Origin: Thalia democratica
Taxonomy: Eukaryota
Reading direction: 5' to 3'
NCBI GenBank assembly: GCA_965202585.1
Contig: OZ241833.1
Coordinates: 30,752,001 to 30,816,000, forward strand
Length of the DNA stretch: 64,000 nucleotides
Shown here: positions 13,201 through 26,508 of the stretch, piece after piece
How positions within the stretch are numbered: position 1 is the first letter of the stretch
How the letters are laid out: each line of letters starts with the position of its first letter
Made by a program: the position numbers and the translations under genes
Notes under the pieces: generated by a model
Database searches by the model: none
What the model was told of the DNA's origin: nothing
Seen by the model: only the letters and a program-made list of their open reading frames with translations

Positions 13201-13760
13201 GGCCATTCATTCATTAAAGTGAAAACTCCATAAAAGTTTAAAACACTATCAATAACTGTTTTAGACTAATCTCTATTTGTTAATCTAAAAAGCTTTATAA
13301 AGTTAAAGTAATACACAATAAAACAAAACAATTTTCACACCAACCTCCTTCATTCATGCTTTCAGAGATGTCCAGCGTTTCCCTGTACCAGTACCACTCG
13401 GTGGCGCTAGAGGCGTTGCACTCGGGCAACAGGGGCGAGGAGTCGTTGCCGGGGATCACGTGAGGACATGACGCCCATGGCAACGGGTTTTTGAAAGAGT
13501 TGAAGAAGTAAAAGAATGCCCAGCCAAGGATGGTTGTGTAGTACAAGCCTATTAAGAGTGATATCTGAAAATAGAAAATAAATTAGAATATACTGTTTTG
13601 TTTAACTACTGTTGTCTTTTTTGTTATTACTTTAGTTTATTTTAGGATGGTTGTGTAGTATATTCCTATGAGGAGGGAGATGCAATTATGTATGTAGAAC
13701 TAATGGAAAAAAATGTTTTTGGTTGAAAACAAACACAAGATTACTTTTGTATACAAAACC

Positions 13761-13801
<41 letters not shown>

Positions 13802-15374
13802 GTAGATAATTATTAATTTTTTATCAACATTGTTGTGTGTACAACCCTATGAGTAGTTATATCTGCAACTTTATGTGTGCATTTTAATACTCTAGTTTTT
13901 AATCATTGCAATTACTTGTTATAATTTGAATTTAAAACTGTGTGTTTGTTAAAACATTAACTTTCACAATATTTGTTATTATCATTAAATTCAAGTACTT
14001 ATGATGAAATCTTGACTATAGCCTAAGCTTTTTCAATCTCATTTACTATCAAAAGCTTAACTGTTAGAAAACAAAAATGTTGTTTATATTCTGCTACTTT
14101 CAATATAAATTTAGAGCTCCACGAAATTAATTTTTTAATAATACAACTTGAAGACTTTATTAAACTTAATTCTAAAACTTAAAATAATTTATATTTTGAC
14201 ATAGTAGATTAAAAATTATTTGTTATCACTGCCAGTTTTCAATCAAATCAACTAATTAGCACTATTCAAAAATCATAAAGTAATAAACATTATCATTATT
14301 TTTGTAAATCTAGTAGACATAAATAATTTTTTATATTTACAATTTATCTTAAGTACAATAAGAATATTATGAAAAATACATTTGCTACATGCTTAATCTG
14401 TCAAACTATTACAGGAAGCATAAAAAAAAAGTTACTGAGAAAAACAATATAATACAAAACACTAGAGTATTATGACGCCACTAACCATGTTGCTGGCAAA
14501 CCCGATTCCTCCCAGCATTGGGTTCATGTTGCACCACACCCCGATCGTCCCCTTCCTGATCTTCTGTCCCAACGCGAGCTCCAGAAAGTACAGGGGGTAG
14601 CCAAGCACAACCAGCATCAGCAGGTAGGGGATGAGAAAGGCACCTGTTTGTGGTAAGTAATATTTATTTAAAAAAAAAATTCTATTTAAGTGCTGTGTGT
14701 AACAGTATTTTTTTAATTGGTTGCGAAAAGTAGTCTTTTTAAGTTTTATAAACTGGTCATAAAATTGAAACTAAAAAAAAAGGTTTTAATTCACAACTGC
14801 AAACATCTAATAAGGTCGCATGTGGTTATTGTAGCAAAAACATATTAAAGACATTCAAATGTCTTGTAAATACTATTTAAAAAATTTAACTAGTTTTATG
14901 TCAAAAACAGTTTGTAAAAACTATTGTATTTATCTAATAACATTTAAACAGTTGCTATAAAAAGTGGTTGAAGTAATTCACACAGTGGGCATAAAAAATA
15001 CAACCCTCAAAAAAATAACAACCACTTTTTTCTGACACAGGAACACATAGGGAGAAAATTACAGAAAACAAATATCAAACTCATTCAAACAAATTTAAAA
15101 ATATTATATTAACTCTTTATGCAGTAGATAAAAACAAATGTATATTTTAGAAACAATAATTACCTCCCCCATTTTTCTGGCACAGGTAGGGGAACCTCCA
15201 TATGTTTCCAAGACCGACGGCAAACCCCAAAGCCGCCATCAGGTACTGGAACTTGTTGTCCCACGAGTCCCTCTTCTCAGAGTTTTTGGACGGGGTTGAA
15301 ATTGACGATGAGTTGTCTTCAGATGAGTCATTTTTCTTCAGCTCCACCGAAGCTTCGATGTCTATGTTTTGCAT
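4111..15374 (-). CDS. SLC6A15: SLC6 (NSS) Na+-dependent neutral amino-acid transporter, SLC6A15/16/17/18/19/20 branch (B0AT2/NTT4-like); 3'-partial, 9 coding exons
   Basis: Exons (minus): 15374-15164, 14643-14486, 13564-13345, 13019-12817, 12477-12349, 11939-11827, 11616-11493, 4875-4807, 4252-4111. All GT-AG with continuous phases (456 codons+1 nt). Motifs: [108 protein letters not shown]. An in-frame TAA lies upstream of the ATG. The symbol is family-level; orthology to a single vertebrate paralog is not established. TM10-12 exons were not found in 1-4110. Confidence 0.93.
4320..4342 (-). mobile_element. Isolated Charlie/hAT-type terminus fragment
   Basis: Reverse complement caggggtcggcaaactgcggccc resembles Charlie-type hAT ends; no partner end seen. 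Confidence 0.55.
4491..4737. mobile_element. hAT-type MITE with 8-bp TSD
   Basis: TIR cagtggtcttca / tgaagaccaccg; TSD agctaatc at 4483-4490 and 4738-4745. Confidence 0.88.
4807..4875 (-). CDS. SLC6 coding exon 8
   Basis: [23 protein letters not shown]; cag/gtatgt. Confidence 0.92.
6935..7154. mobile_element. MITE, same family as 26377-26508
   Basis: Ends aaagttcagtctgatttgaatatttgctgaat ... attcagcaaatat..ctgagcttt. Confidence 0.65.
11493..11616 (-). CDS. SLC6 coding exon 7 (extended EL4)
   Basis: [41 protein letters not shown]; phase 2 in, phase 0 out, matching its neighbours. Confidence 0.85.
11827..11939 (-). CDS. SLC6 coding exon 6 (TM7)
   Basis: [38 protein letters not shown]; donor gtgagt. 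Confidence 0.92.
11925..12310 (+). repeat. Diverged ~200-bp tandem duplication including the SLC6 exon 6 acceptor
   Basis: cacgaatatcgcgtcctgtta.. (11925) vs cacgaatattacgtcctgtta.. (12107); gatacta..gcaagcaat..aagcttaaca repeated. Confidence 0.75.
12349..12477 (-). CDS. SLC6 coding exon 5 (TM6)
   Basis: [43 protein letters not shown]. Confidence 0.93.
12817..13019 (-). CDS. SLC6 coding exon 4 (TM4-5)
   Basis: [40 protein letters not shown]...LKPN. Confidence 0.93.
13345..13564 (-). CDS. SLC6 coding exon 3 (TM3, EL2)
   Basis: [33 protein letters not shown]...[20 protein letters not shown]. Confidence 0.93.
13767..13797. repeat. (TA)n microsatellite
   Basis: ~15 TA units. Confidence 0.95.
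14486..14643 (-). CDS. SLC6 coding exon 2 (TM2)
   Basis: [53 protein letters not shown]; cag/gttagt boundaries. Confidence 0.93.
15164..15374 (-). CDS. SLC6 coding exon 1 (N-terminus, TM1)
   Basis: [10 protein letters not shown]...[21 protein letters not shown]; donor gtaatt at 15163. Confidence 0.93.
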
Positions 15375-15415
15375 TCTCTTTGATTGCTTTTTGATTAATT
15401 ATTCTAATTGAATTT

Positions 15416-15425
15416 CTGTTAAAAA
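15416..15425 (-). promoter_or_regulatory. Candidate splice acceptor 41 nt upstream of the SLC6 ATG (5'UTR intron or trans-splice site)
   Basis: tgtttttaacag| ends at 15416; in-frame TAA between it and the ATG. Confidence 0.4.
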
Positions 15426-18400
15426 CATAAACTGTTTTTTGGATTTTTCAATATTTATATAGTTATTGGTTAAGTTGTTGAAAAGTTTTGTAAGAAATAG
15501 TAAACTAATTATTTATTTTTTTTGAAAATTGGTCTTATCTTTTTTTTAATTAAAAAAGTAAAAAGTAAAGTATTTAACTAGATTTTTGTAGCTTTGTACA
15601 TCTTTTTTTTTACTTGAGGTTTAAAATCTGAATATATATGTGGTTTTAAACACTGTTTTTAAAGATTATTAGTTAATTATTTAAATTTTAAAATGTTATT
15701 ATTTTTTAGTTTGTAATAAATATGTTTGGTCTAAAACGTCTAAGACAAGATTATGTTTCTGTAAAATTATAAAACTTAAAATATTTTCTAATCAAGCATT
15801 TTTTTTACCTAGGCACAAAAATTATCAGAATAAAAAAACTATTTAAGTTTTATAACAAAAATATTTTAAACTATCATTTAAACTAAAGTTAACTAAAGAA
15901 ATTTTCAACATGTAAACTTCAGTGTTATACACAAAACACAATTGTAGGTAATTACTTCAACTAAACTCGAAATACTTTTCTTTTCTGTTGCTAAAGTTAA
16001 TGGAAAAATTATAAACTATTAAAATATAAATGAAATAATTTCATGTCTCATTACAATTAGCTTTGGTGTGGCATACTGATGTTTGTAAAACAAACAGTAA
16101 TGTGTGTTTTGCAGTCTAAAGTAAACACTGCCGTGACTAAAACAAATAGTTTCAACATCATAAGGTTTCCGCCCAATATTGGAAACTTACTGTAAGTTAG
16201 ATAAGGCTGTATGACTTATTTTAAGAAAAACAAAAGTATAGCTTTTGCTTCTTCTCAGTTTGTAATGTTTAATTAGGTTTCAACTGAATACTGATTTACA
16301 ACTTTTTCATGGTATTTTGTATTTTAATAAAAAATGTTTATAGTTTTCTAACAACTGTGGACAGGTAAGCAGTAAAATTAATAATATTGGAAGTACTTCA
16401 ACATTTATATAACACTGAATTTATAAAGTAATTAGCACTACTCATTGTTAGAAAAGGTTGAAATAATGAATTTCCAAAACTAAAATTCACACACTAACTA
16501 GTTATTGAAAACTTACATGCTATACACCAATTGTGTAAATAAGTATTTTATTATTGTGCTAAAAAGAATAAAGATAATTATCTAGTCATCTTTGGAAAAT
16601 TAAAGAAATTATATTCAACTATTAAATCATTATTGAATGTACAGTGATTAAATAATTGCAAAAGCTTAAGTCATCTTTTTTAAGAATAACCTTTTTTTTA
16701 GATTAGAGTAGTTTGAATAATCGATTTAAAATTTGTTCATTGTTATTAAATTCACTTCAAACTTGCAATATAATTCTTTTATTTTCCTTAAACATGATTT
16801 AGTTGAAATCATGCATATGCTCTAGAAATTTTACATTCAAAAGTATTGTTTCAACTTTACAACAGCATTTTTTCAGTTAGTAAAAACACTTGTATTGAAA
16901 TTTTTATAATTTTACACTGGAAAATTAGCATAACTGTCATTTTCCAATTATATTTTTTAAATAAATATCAAAAACATTGGCCAGAGACAACTATAAATAT
17001 GCTGAATGTATTCTAAAGTATTAAATTTAAATTTTGTAAATGCAAGCAAACATATAAATTAAGTCACAAGCTTAATTGTTCTAACCTATTAAATGTTTTC
17101 AATTGGTACAAACACTTTGTTAAATACATTTGACTCAAAATTTTAACAAAGTTTAAGTTTTCAAAGCTACAGAAAATTTTTATGGAGTACACTGAAGTTT
17201 AATGAGATTTTTTATGCTAATTATGAAAATAAAAAAGCATTATTTTGTTCAAATTAATGTGCTTTTTCTGATTTTAACCTTTGGAAAAAAATTGAGCAAA
17301 AAAAGCCGTCCGAATTTGCCCAAGTTTAAAAAAAACTATAGCATCACTTTCATAAAAAAGACAAACATATTTCAGTTCTAAAAACCAACCCTGTAGCTAG
17401 TTGAACTGAAATAGAAACTATAAAGTATATCAAAAATATAAGATATAACAGGATTCCACTCTTTGAAGCAAAAAATCCAGCTTGAATAACCAAAACTAGC
17501 TGAGTTTTTGTAAAAAATTAATTAAAAAGTATTGAGATCCAATCATTGAGTACTTTTTTGTTAATCAAACTTGAGCACTTAATTTCTAGAAAAAGCAGAA
17601 CATTTAAGGAAATCATTCCAAATTCATAAAAACTAGTTTAGTGTTTCTGAAAAAAGGTTAACCCAGCCTGAATATTGCAACAAATTGCAAAGAAGAAGAT
17701 TTTTTGATAAGCAGAAAAAGTTTTAAACTATCTCAGTGTGTGGCAATCGTGATATAACAAACATCAGTTTCTTTACAAGGTGTAGTACTATCAAATTAAT
17801 TTATTGTGAGCAAAAAAATTGTCCAAGAATAAAACAAGCAGGTTTGTAAAATATATATACTTGTTTAGAATTTTTTCTGGGTAATTTTGAAAACAGTTAT
17901 ACAAAAACCAATGTATTTTTTAGTAAATTATTGTGCAGTTTTTAAAACTTTTCACAACCATACATTATATTTTTTTAATATCTATTTTATATGTATTTTG
18001 ATACCTATTAATATACTAAGTACATATCTTTTTTTAATTAATAATTAATAAGCAATTAAGAAAAACATTTTTGTGCAACAAACTAGTTTGTAAACCAAAA
18101 ATAGTTTAAGCATTATGTTGTGCTAATTAAAATTATTAATATGATAAACATAATTTTTTTCTTAAAAACTATGATTTACAATTTCTTTTTGGCTAACAAA
18201 AAACTGAAGTTTTAAATGTGATATATATATCTCATAGGGAGTATACAAGTAACTTTCACTGCAGTTCACGGAAAACAACTTGAAGTAATTTTGTTAATAA
18301 AACAATTCTTTAGGCTTTTAAACAGAGATAAAACTGATGTATGATAAATTATAGTTTCACTGTGTCCATGAGAAAGTTCCATTCAAGTCAAAATGAGAAG

Positions 18401-18777
18401 CTGATTAAGGTAGGAAGGTCTTTAGTTTACAACAGAAGCCAATTATTTAAAAGTACAAAATCGTCTTTGATTCAAAAAAAATATATTTGCCAATCAACAA
18501 AGCTTTTAATTAATTTTTAATAATTAAAAACTTGTTTACGGAAAATTTAAATAAAATAAGTATAAAGTTTATGTTTTTTTTAGCTAAATATATTTTCTAC
18601 AGTTTTGTTGTTGTCATAAAACGTAAATCTAGAGTCTGTATAAATATTTAACCTTATTTATAGATCAAACTAAACATATGCGAAATTCAACAAAGTCAAA
18701 GCCTGGAGCTGGACTTGACTTTCTTACAAGCTCTAATACAAGCTCAAGTTTACACAAATTTTTGCTAATACCACTTT

Positions 18778-18905
18778 GATCATCAGACCACAAGCTCTCG
18801 GTAAACTAAAACCCGGGTTTCGTTTTTATTTAAACTCGTCGACAAAACTAAAAAGGAAACTTGTTCTCAATTCCCAGTCTACCGAGAGTTTGTGCTCTTA
18901 TGATC
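18778..18905. repeat. 30-bp inverted repeat pair (small foldback/MITE)
   Basis: gatcatcagaccacaagctctcggtaaact vs agtctaccgagagtttgtgctcttatgatc, 26/30 complementary. Confidence 0.75.
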
Positions 18906-20647
18906 CAAGTAAATCAATAACTTTAACTTGTATCACAGCATAAGATATTTTTTACAAATAATAACACATATATTTTAAATATAATTTTTTTACAGCTTTT
19001 ACTTTACTGGAAACCAAACTATATAGTTTCTTATTTAAGTTTTTTTATAACATAAAAAACTTAAAACAAAAGTCTATAAAGAATTATATTTGTCACCGGT
19101 TCATACTATAAATTATATTTTTATAGTAATAAGTCTACTAACATGAGTTGAATACGAATTCAAAAACTATTTATATTAAAGCTTTTGACATTTTGTAATG
19201 TTGGAACTTTATTTATTGAAACTAAAATCTTTTGACTTCCAAATACCTTTGCTTGTCTAACCTTAAACTCAAGTAAGATAAACTAACTGCTCTACGTTGT
19301 ACTTAAGAAAAAAAGTAATGGTGTTCGTTTTGAAAAAGTGTTTCGTATTTAAGTTAACTTATTTAATCGTATAAATATTCGTATTTAAGTATTTTAAGTC
19401 TAGTTTAGAATTAGAAAAAAAAGCTTTTAGCTATAGATTTTAGAAAAATGTAACGTTATATAGTAGTAGCTTACCTTTTAATATTAAAATTAATTAATCT
19501 TTCTACTATTAATGGTTTAGCATAATCTAAAAGTGCATTGGTATTCATATTTGATTATCAATATATTTTTCATCTATACAGTTTAGTCATATGATAGTTT
19601 TTTATAGAATCAAGCTTTTGTTAATCTTATAGATGATATAAGTGTATACTTTGTTAGTAATTATAATATAATTAGAAACATTTTGATTGTTATATCAATT
19701 TAAGTAGTAGTTAAATTCATCAATTTGTATTTATAAGACTTCAGTACAATCCAGTTCTTAGAAATTTTATCGTATAGTAAATTTAAAATACAAAATTTAG
19801 TATAAGTAATCGATTAACAATAAACTTATAAAACTTTATTTCTAAGTATCATTCTACTTTTATTACTATATAATAAAACTATAAAAAGAAAAAAAAGTTT
19901 TAAGTTCTCAAATTAATATGTTAAATTCGAAATTAAAACCAATTTTTAAAAACCTGGTTAATTTATTAATTAAAAAATTTAAGATCAACCTATTGAAACT
20001 TATTTTGCATGACTAAATGATTAAAAACTTTGTAACTAAAAAATTTTTTCAAGAAGACTAAATTAATATTATTGTATCTTTCTGTTATATGTGATACTTT
20101 CAACACGTCAAGACTTAACTTTTTAACTTTTAACATATAAAAAGAAAATAACATAAACCATTATAATAAGAGAACAATTTCGAAAAAATTTGAAAAGTAA
20201 ATTTGCTATATGGAAGGGCATAGTTATGCACAAGCTGTTTGATAATTCAACCTCTTAATGATAAATCAGTTAAACTTAAACTTTTATATGTAGTGACTTA
20301 TCTCGAACTTTCCAGCCATAATTTAAATTCTTATAAAGTCAAAAAACTACAAACAGATGTCATATTGTCTTTTTTAAATCAATTATTAAGTGATTAATTC
20401 TAAATTGAAAACTATTTAAATTATTTTCTAGCTTTATAAACTCACTTATCACAAGGTTATAAATTATATAAATCACAACTTAAAGATTTTAAATTTGAAC
20501 TGGCTGAAGATTAGAGACAATCTTTTTTGTCTTTATGAAACATATGTTCCAGCATTTTTAAAATCGTCATTTCAATAAATTATTTAAAAGCCCTTCAAGT
20601 GGGCTCAGTAGAAGGTGTTCAAGTTTGAATATTAACCTTATTTCTTT

Positions 20648-20671
20648 TATATATATATATATATATATATA
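20648..20671. repeat. (TA)n microsatellite
   Basis: 12 TA units. Confidence 0.95.
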
Positions 20672-21563
20672 AGTTTTTATTTGTATTTCGTCTAATTGAT
20701 AATTTACTAAAAGACAATTGAAGATTTTCTGCAAACTTTAAAAATATATTATGCTTGGTAAAAGCAATTTTTTAAACAGCCTGCTAGAATTATTTTATTA
20801 AAATTTAAACAGCTTTATAGAAAAAGCTTTGCAATTCTACATGTATAAAAAAAGAGTAATAAGAATAATAAAAACTTAATCACCTTTTAAAACTAACTGT
20901 GTGAAACATATTAAAAGTATACTAAGTCATACAAGGTAGTTTTTTTAAACGTATACCACCTTTAACGTATACTAAAAATGAACTTAAAGTTTTTTATCAC
21001 CTCAAATATAACTTAGTTACTTTTATTATGATCGACTTTAAAAAATTTACTTTTTTCTCTCATTAACTTTATTATAAAATGTAGTACTGTGCAAGTTGTT
21101 CTACTTTTATATAGTACAACAGTTGTCGCAAACTAAGGATTTTTTGAAACTTATAAAAAGAACTATTATTAGTTTTAAGGTTTTGTATAAGTGGTTGTTG
21201 AAATTACTTTTATTGTCAATTGCGTACAAAAGTTTGCTTTTTTACGTAAATGTTTTTGGGTTCTTTTAGTTCGTTTAGAAATATCAGAAACTAACTACAC
21301 AAAACACTTTAAATAGCAGTTATAATAAAAAGTAATTATTTTATTTAACCTAAACATGGAGGTTATTACATTTTTTTATGTTGTATACACGTTTTGTAAA
21401 CTAACGTTATAATTAAAAGTTACACGGATTTAAAAATCTCATAATTTTAATGTGCTTATTCTATCAAAAAAAATTTTTTTTTGCTTAAGTCTTTAAACTT
21501 TTGTTTGTAAAGAAAGACTAAGAAAATTTTTATATTTGTAAATTGTTGAAAAAACGTAAATTA

Positions 21564-22503
21564 CAGTAACCTCTCATATCTTTACGCACTCGTGACGTTA
21601 CGCCATCTCGTTTAGTTAAGCATTTTAGAATTCTAAAAAAATTTAAAAACAGAAACTTTAAATCTTTTTAAATTGCACAAATTAGGCTTATTGTATATAT
21701 TCAATTTAAAATGTGTTTTTAAATGCTAACTCACCTCTCTATATCTTTAGACTTTGTAAACCTATGTTCCTTGACTAATTGATAAACATTTAGTTATACC
21801 TCAGTATATCAGAAATTTTGTAAACAATAAGAGATTAAATTAAAATTCTGAAAGAAATATGACTGTGTTAAACAATGAAAGTATAATGAAAGAATGAGAG
21901 TTTATAACATAAACAAATAATACAGCACTATTGCCCTATATTTGAAAAAAACATCTAAAAAAGAAATCTAATGAAACACAAACAATTTTTATTAAACATT
22001 TATCCTATAATTTATATTTTTGTTCAAAAGAAGAACTCCATTACAGCACCAAATGCATATTTTTGTAAAATTCTATAGAAAATTTTTTATTATAGACACC
22101 ACACCATTTCTTAATTGTAAACAAGTGCTTACTTATAAATTGAATTTGCTAAATAGAAAAGAATATAAATGTTGAGTATCAAATAAGTAACATATAAATA
22201 AAGATAAAATCTACTTATCATTGAAATTACTAAAACTTTTCTACAAGTATTATTATGTTATATATATTTAATTCTTTTTTTTTTTAATTTATGTATGGTT
22301 TTATGTTTAGTTTTTATATTTATGAATAAAGTAAACAAATTATTAAAAGTGGAAAGTCTCCAGTCTGCTTTTAACTAGAAGCAATATAAAAAAACAGCCA
22401 TTATAGTAATTATATTTAATACCTCTCGTATCTTTACAATCTCTCGTATCTTTACGCATTTTTTCTGTGGACACAATGTGCGTAAATAAGCGAGAGGTTA
22501 CTG
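21564..22503. mobile_element. Non-autonomous Tc1/mariner-pogo(Tigger)-like element with TA TSD
   Basis: ta|cagtaacctctcatatctttacgca ... tgcgtaaataagcgagaggttactg|ta; subterminal ctctcgtatctttac repeats at ~22423 and 22441; no transposase ORF. Confidence 0.75.
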
Positions 22504-24245
22504 TACTTAATTAACAGTTGGTTTGCTTTGCACAAACAGTTTTCCGCAAGTGTTAGCTTTTGGTTGAAATCTAAAAATAAATGCACTGAAGTAACTTATT
22601 TATTTTCTATTAAAAGTTTAAATTACTGTTTCAATAACAGCAAAACTAAGTTTTTAAAATACGAGAGACAATCCTACCAAATAAATTAGCTAAATATACT
22701 ACAAAAAATCTAATTAAAATTTGCTATTTAGTTTGCAGCAATCATAGTTTGAATCTTTGTTAAAACCAGGGCGTGCTTTGCTGATTTCCTAAATCTAGGG
22801 CGACCTCTAAAAAAAATGAAATTCTTAATATTGCTTACTCGATCATAACATTGCATAATAAGATACTTTACATATTTTTTTTTAATTTTTGCTTAGTATT
22901 TTAATAATTAATATTAATAACACAATAAGTAGATATAAGCAGTCATTAGCTTAATATTCTGCTAGTGCTATACTAATAATCAGTTGTTTTTAATTTTAAA
23001 TTAATTTGATAGTGAATTTATAGTTTTTGAGAGCCTCATACCATCAGGAAACTTTTACTATTATTCATAAAATTTTCTATTGAAAGTGCCTAGCCTAAGT
23101 AAATAAAGGAAGTTTATGTACTGTTTCTGAACTAGAAACTACTTTCTACTTTAAATAAGTTTAAATACATTTAATAACTTATATATGGAAAATTTGAATA
23201 AAGCATACTTTTATTATTTAACAATTAAAAGTTGGTTTATTTTAAAGAAAATTTCTTCTTAATATGAGATTTTGATATAAGTATGATGTTTTATACTTTC
23301 AGAGTTTTGATTCTTACAGTTCACAAAAAAATAGTTTCACTGATTAAGTCATTTGAATTACTAAACCACGAAATTAATATAGTAAAATTTCACTATTTTT
23401 TACAAAAATGATATTAAAATAGAAACATTTTATGTTACTTAATCTTTAAAAGATTAATTGAAATAAAGAAACTTTAATTATTAAGTGCCAAAATTATTGT
23501 TTTTTTATAGTGACATTTCAATCTTAATAAATGAAGTTAGTTAAAGTTTAATTTTTTCATTAAAAATAGGTATAAAATTATAAAGAATTTTAAACTCAAG
23601 TTTTTCAAACAAAAATTTTTAGTGGAATGTAACACAACTTTGTTTATGTACTGAAAAACGAAAATTAATTACAAATTATGAATCAGATCAATAGTTCAAC
23701 TAAAAGGCTATAGAGTTAAATAAAACGAGTTTAATAACTTGTCTTTTAACAAAACCTATAGCTCTAGCAGAGGTATACCCATTTGTTAACAATAGTTTAT
23801 TTAACAAACAAAAAGATGCTCAAAAAAAGTTTGGTCAGAAGACCTTGGTGCAGTGAAAAGCTTAAATGTTTAAATAAAAAAACTACTGTTATTGTAACTT
23901 ATGTTAACTATGATGATAAATGCTAAAATTTCTAAACAGGTGTCAATTTATCACATCCAAAAGTTTATAAAGTAGTTTAAAGACTGTAAATAATTATTTT
24001 ATTAAAATTTACTACTTATAATAAAGTAAGTATATCTAGTTTGCACTGTTAGTTGGTTTCTACTTCTTACACAGGTATTATTTTTATAATGGAAATTTTG
24101 TTTGTATAAAAGACTATAAAAGAACAAATTTTGTTTAAAACTATATAAGTAAGTTAACATAGAAAGTTAACATACTTTAAAATATATAATGCGTATGATG
24201 TATAAAAAAAAAACAGAGATCTCTACTTCAAAAGGAGGACCAATA

Positions 24246-24410
24246 CAATTTATTCTTTCAAAATCTTAACCAGTAAACAAAGTTTCGCTCAATGAGCTTA
24301 TAAGTACTTTCATTAAAATATTATTTAAACAGGTTTTTATTTATTCTATTCTATATAAGCTCATTGAGCGAAACTTTGTCTACTGGTTTAATTTTTGAAA
24401 GAATAAATTG
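24246..24410. repeat. 57-bp-arm inverted repeat (hairpin)
   Basis: 24246-24302 is complementary to 24354-24410 (aaagtttcgctcaatgagcttata / tataagctcattgagcgaaacttt). Confidence 0.85.
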
Positions 24411-26376
24411 CAAATTTAAAAAAATGGTTGACAATTAAAAAAAGTATTTTTTAAGTGTATATGAATTGTATAGTATTAAGTTAGAAAATAAATACTTTCA
24501 TTCAGATTATAACAAACAAACGCTATAACACAACAAAGTACACATATATTAATTTTATATAGTAATTTATTAAAAGCTACTATAGAAAATACTTTATTAT
24601 TGAAAAACTAAAACATATGTTACCCCACTTAAAAATTCCACTATTTAGTAGTAACATTTTAATAAAAACATTATATGTATAATAATTTAGGTTTTTAGAT
24701 TAACATAAACACCTAAAAAAGCGCACACAAAGTTGAAGTAAATAGCTTTATCTTTAACTTGTATTATATTCTAGAAGTTGAGTTGTTTTAAAAATGTAAG
24801 TTGTTTTTACTTTTAGTACGATACAAAAGTGAAACTTCTTAACAATAACTAAATTTAATGTCTAATTTTACTACAACACTTTTTGAATAATTTGCAAGTT
24901 GTATAAGCATATAAAATTTTTGTGTAATGCTTAATTTGCTTTAAGTTCAAGCTTAAACATCATACTCAAGTTTTAATAATCATACTTCGACATTGTAATT
25001 TGTTGAAGCTGAATTTTAAAATTAATTTTTCTTGTCTGCTTAACAACATTTTTGCTAACATAACAAAACATTTTATTAGTAAAAACACTTTGCTAGAATT
25101 TATTAGTATACGAAAGAAGTAGTTGGTAAGGAACTTTACTTTAGGTAAAATCACAATACGGTCGAAAAAAGTCAAAGGCAAGTTTGGTACCATCTTTTAG
25201 TTTTTTGTATAACTCTTTGATCAAGATTTAAGTAACTTTTCACTATTTCGTTTTAATTGGTTGTTTTTTCAAAGCTTTGAAAAAAAAAATAAATAAATGA
25301 AAAGTTAAAAAAAGAGAGCATAGCTAAAATATTTTGAAGCGCTTTTTAAGTTTTCAGACATTTTAGTTATCGTTTATGGGTTTTTTAAGCTCTAGTTGTG
25401 AAATTTTCTTTGGTATACTGTAAAACAAAATAGAAGTTTTTGAGTGTGATAAAAAAATTAAAAGCTCTGAAGGAATCAGTGAAGTTGCATTTTAGAAAAT
25501 ACATTTATTTTTTGAATTCAGTGAAACTGGTTCAATGATTAATTATAAATAGTTACTTTTTCAATCTGAAATTAATTAAGTAAAAATAATGAAGGAATTA
25601 CTTTTTATAATTCAAGAATACTTAGTCAAAAACAAAGTGTGTTAAAAAGTTGAAAAATAGCAAATCAAAAAGTTTAGTTATAATTCAATTAATTTAGGTT
25701 AAAATCTTAAATATAATGGGATCAAGTTGCAATAATTCTCAACGATTAATACTCTTACAGTTAGAAATGATACGTCTGATCCAATAAAAATATGATGTTT
25801 TTTTGCACTGTTTAGGTTTTAGAAAGTATTACAATAAACTAAACAGGTTTACTATCTACCAACAAACATGTATTAGTTTGGAGATAAAAAATAAAACACT
25901 GTAAATGCATGTAAAATAAGAGATTACTTCGTGGTCTGTTCTAATCTTAGATGACTTTAAAGTTAAACTATATAAGTTAGTTTAAGTTTGAAACAAAAAA
26001 AAGCTTAAACTTTAGATAAAGTTTAAGACTTATGTATTTATGATATACCATATAATTTATCAACCTAAAACCTAAATCATAAAAATAAACCTAAAACAAG
26101 AAAACTCACTTATGAAAGATAGAACAGTTTATGGTAAGTAAAATTTATCTTATAAAATTCTGATAACTAAACTTTCAGCAAAAATATTCTAGATTTTGCA
26201 TTTTTTTTATTAGCATACTTAAAAGCTTTACAACGCTAAGCTGATAATTTTAGTTTATGAAAATGATTAAAAAAATAGGTCACGGGAACTCAAATTTAAA
26301 ATAGTTCACGCTGGTGATTTCGACATAGATCTTCAAATTAAGTTTGAAGGTTAGCTACTTTTGGCTAATATACTTT

Positions 26377-26508
26377 AAGGTCAATCTGATTTGAATATTT
26401 GCTGAGTCATCGAAAAAAAACTGTTTTCATGTTGTTTTTAAACTTAATTATTGTTACTTTAATATTTAACTATTTAAATTCAGCAAATATAAAAATCAGA
26501 CTGACCTT
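26377..26508. mobile_element. MITE, same family as 6935-7154
   Basis: aaggtcaatctgatttgaatatttgctgagt ... attcagcaaatataaaaatcagactgacctt. Confidence 0.7.
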
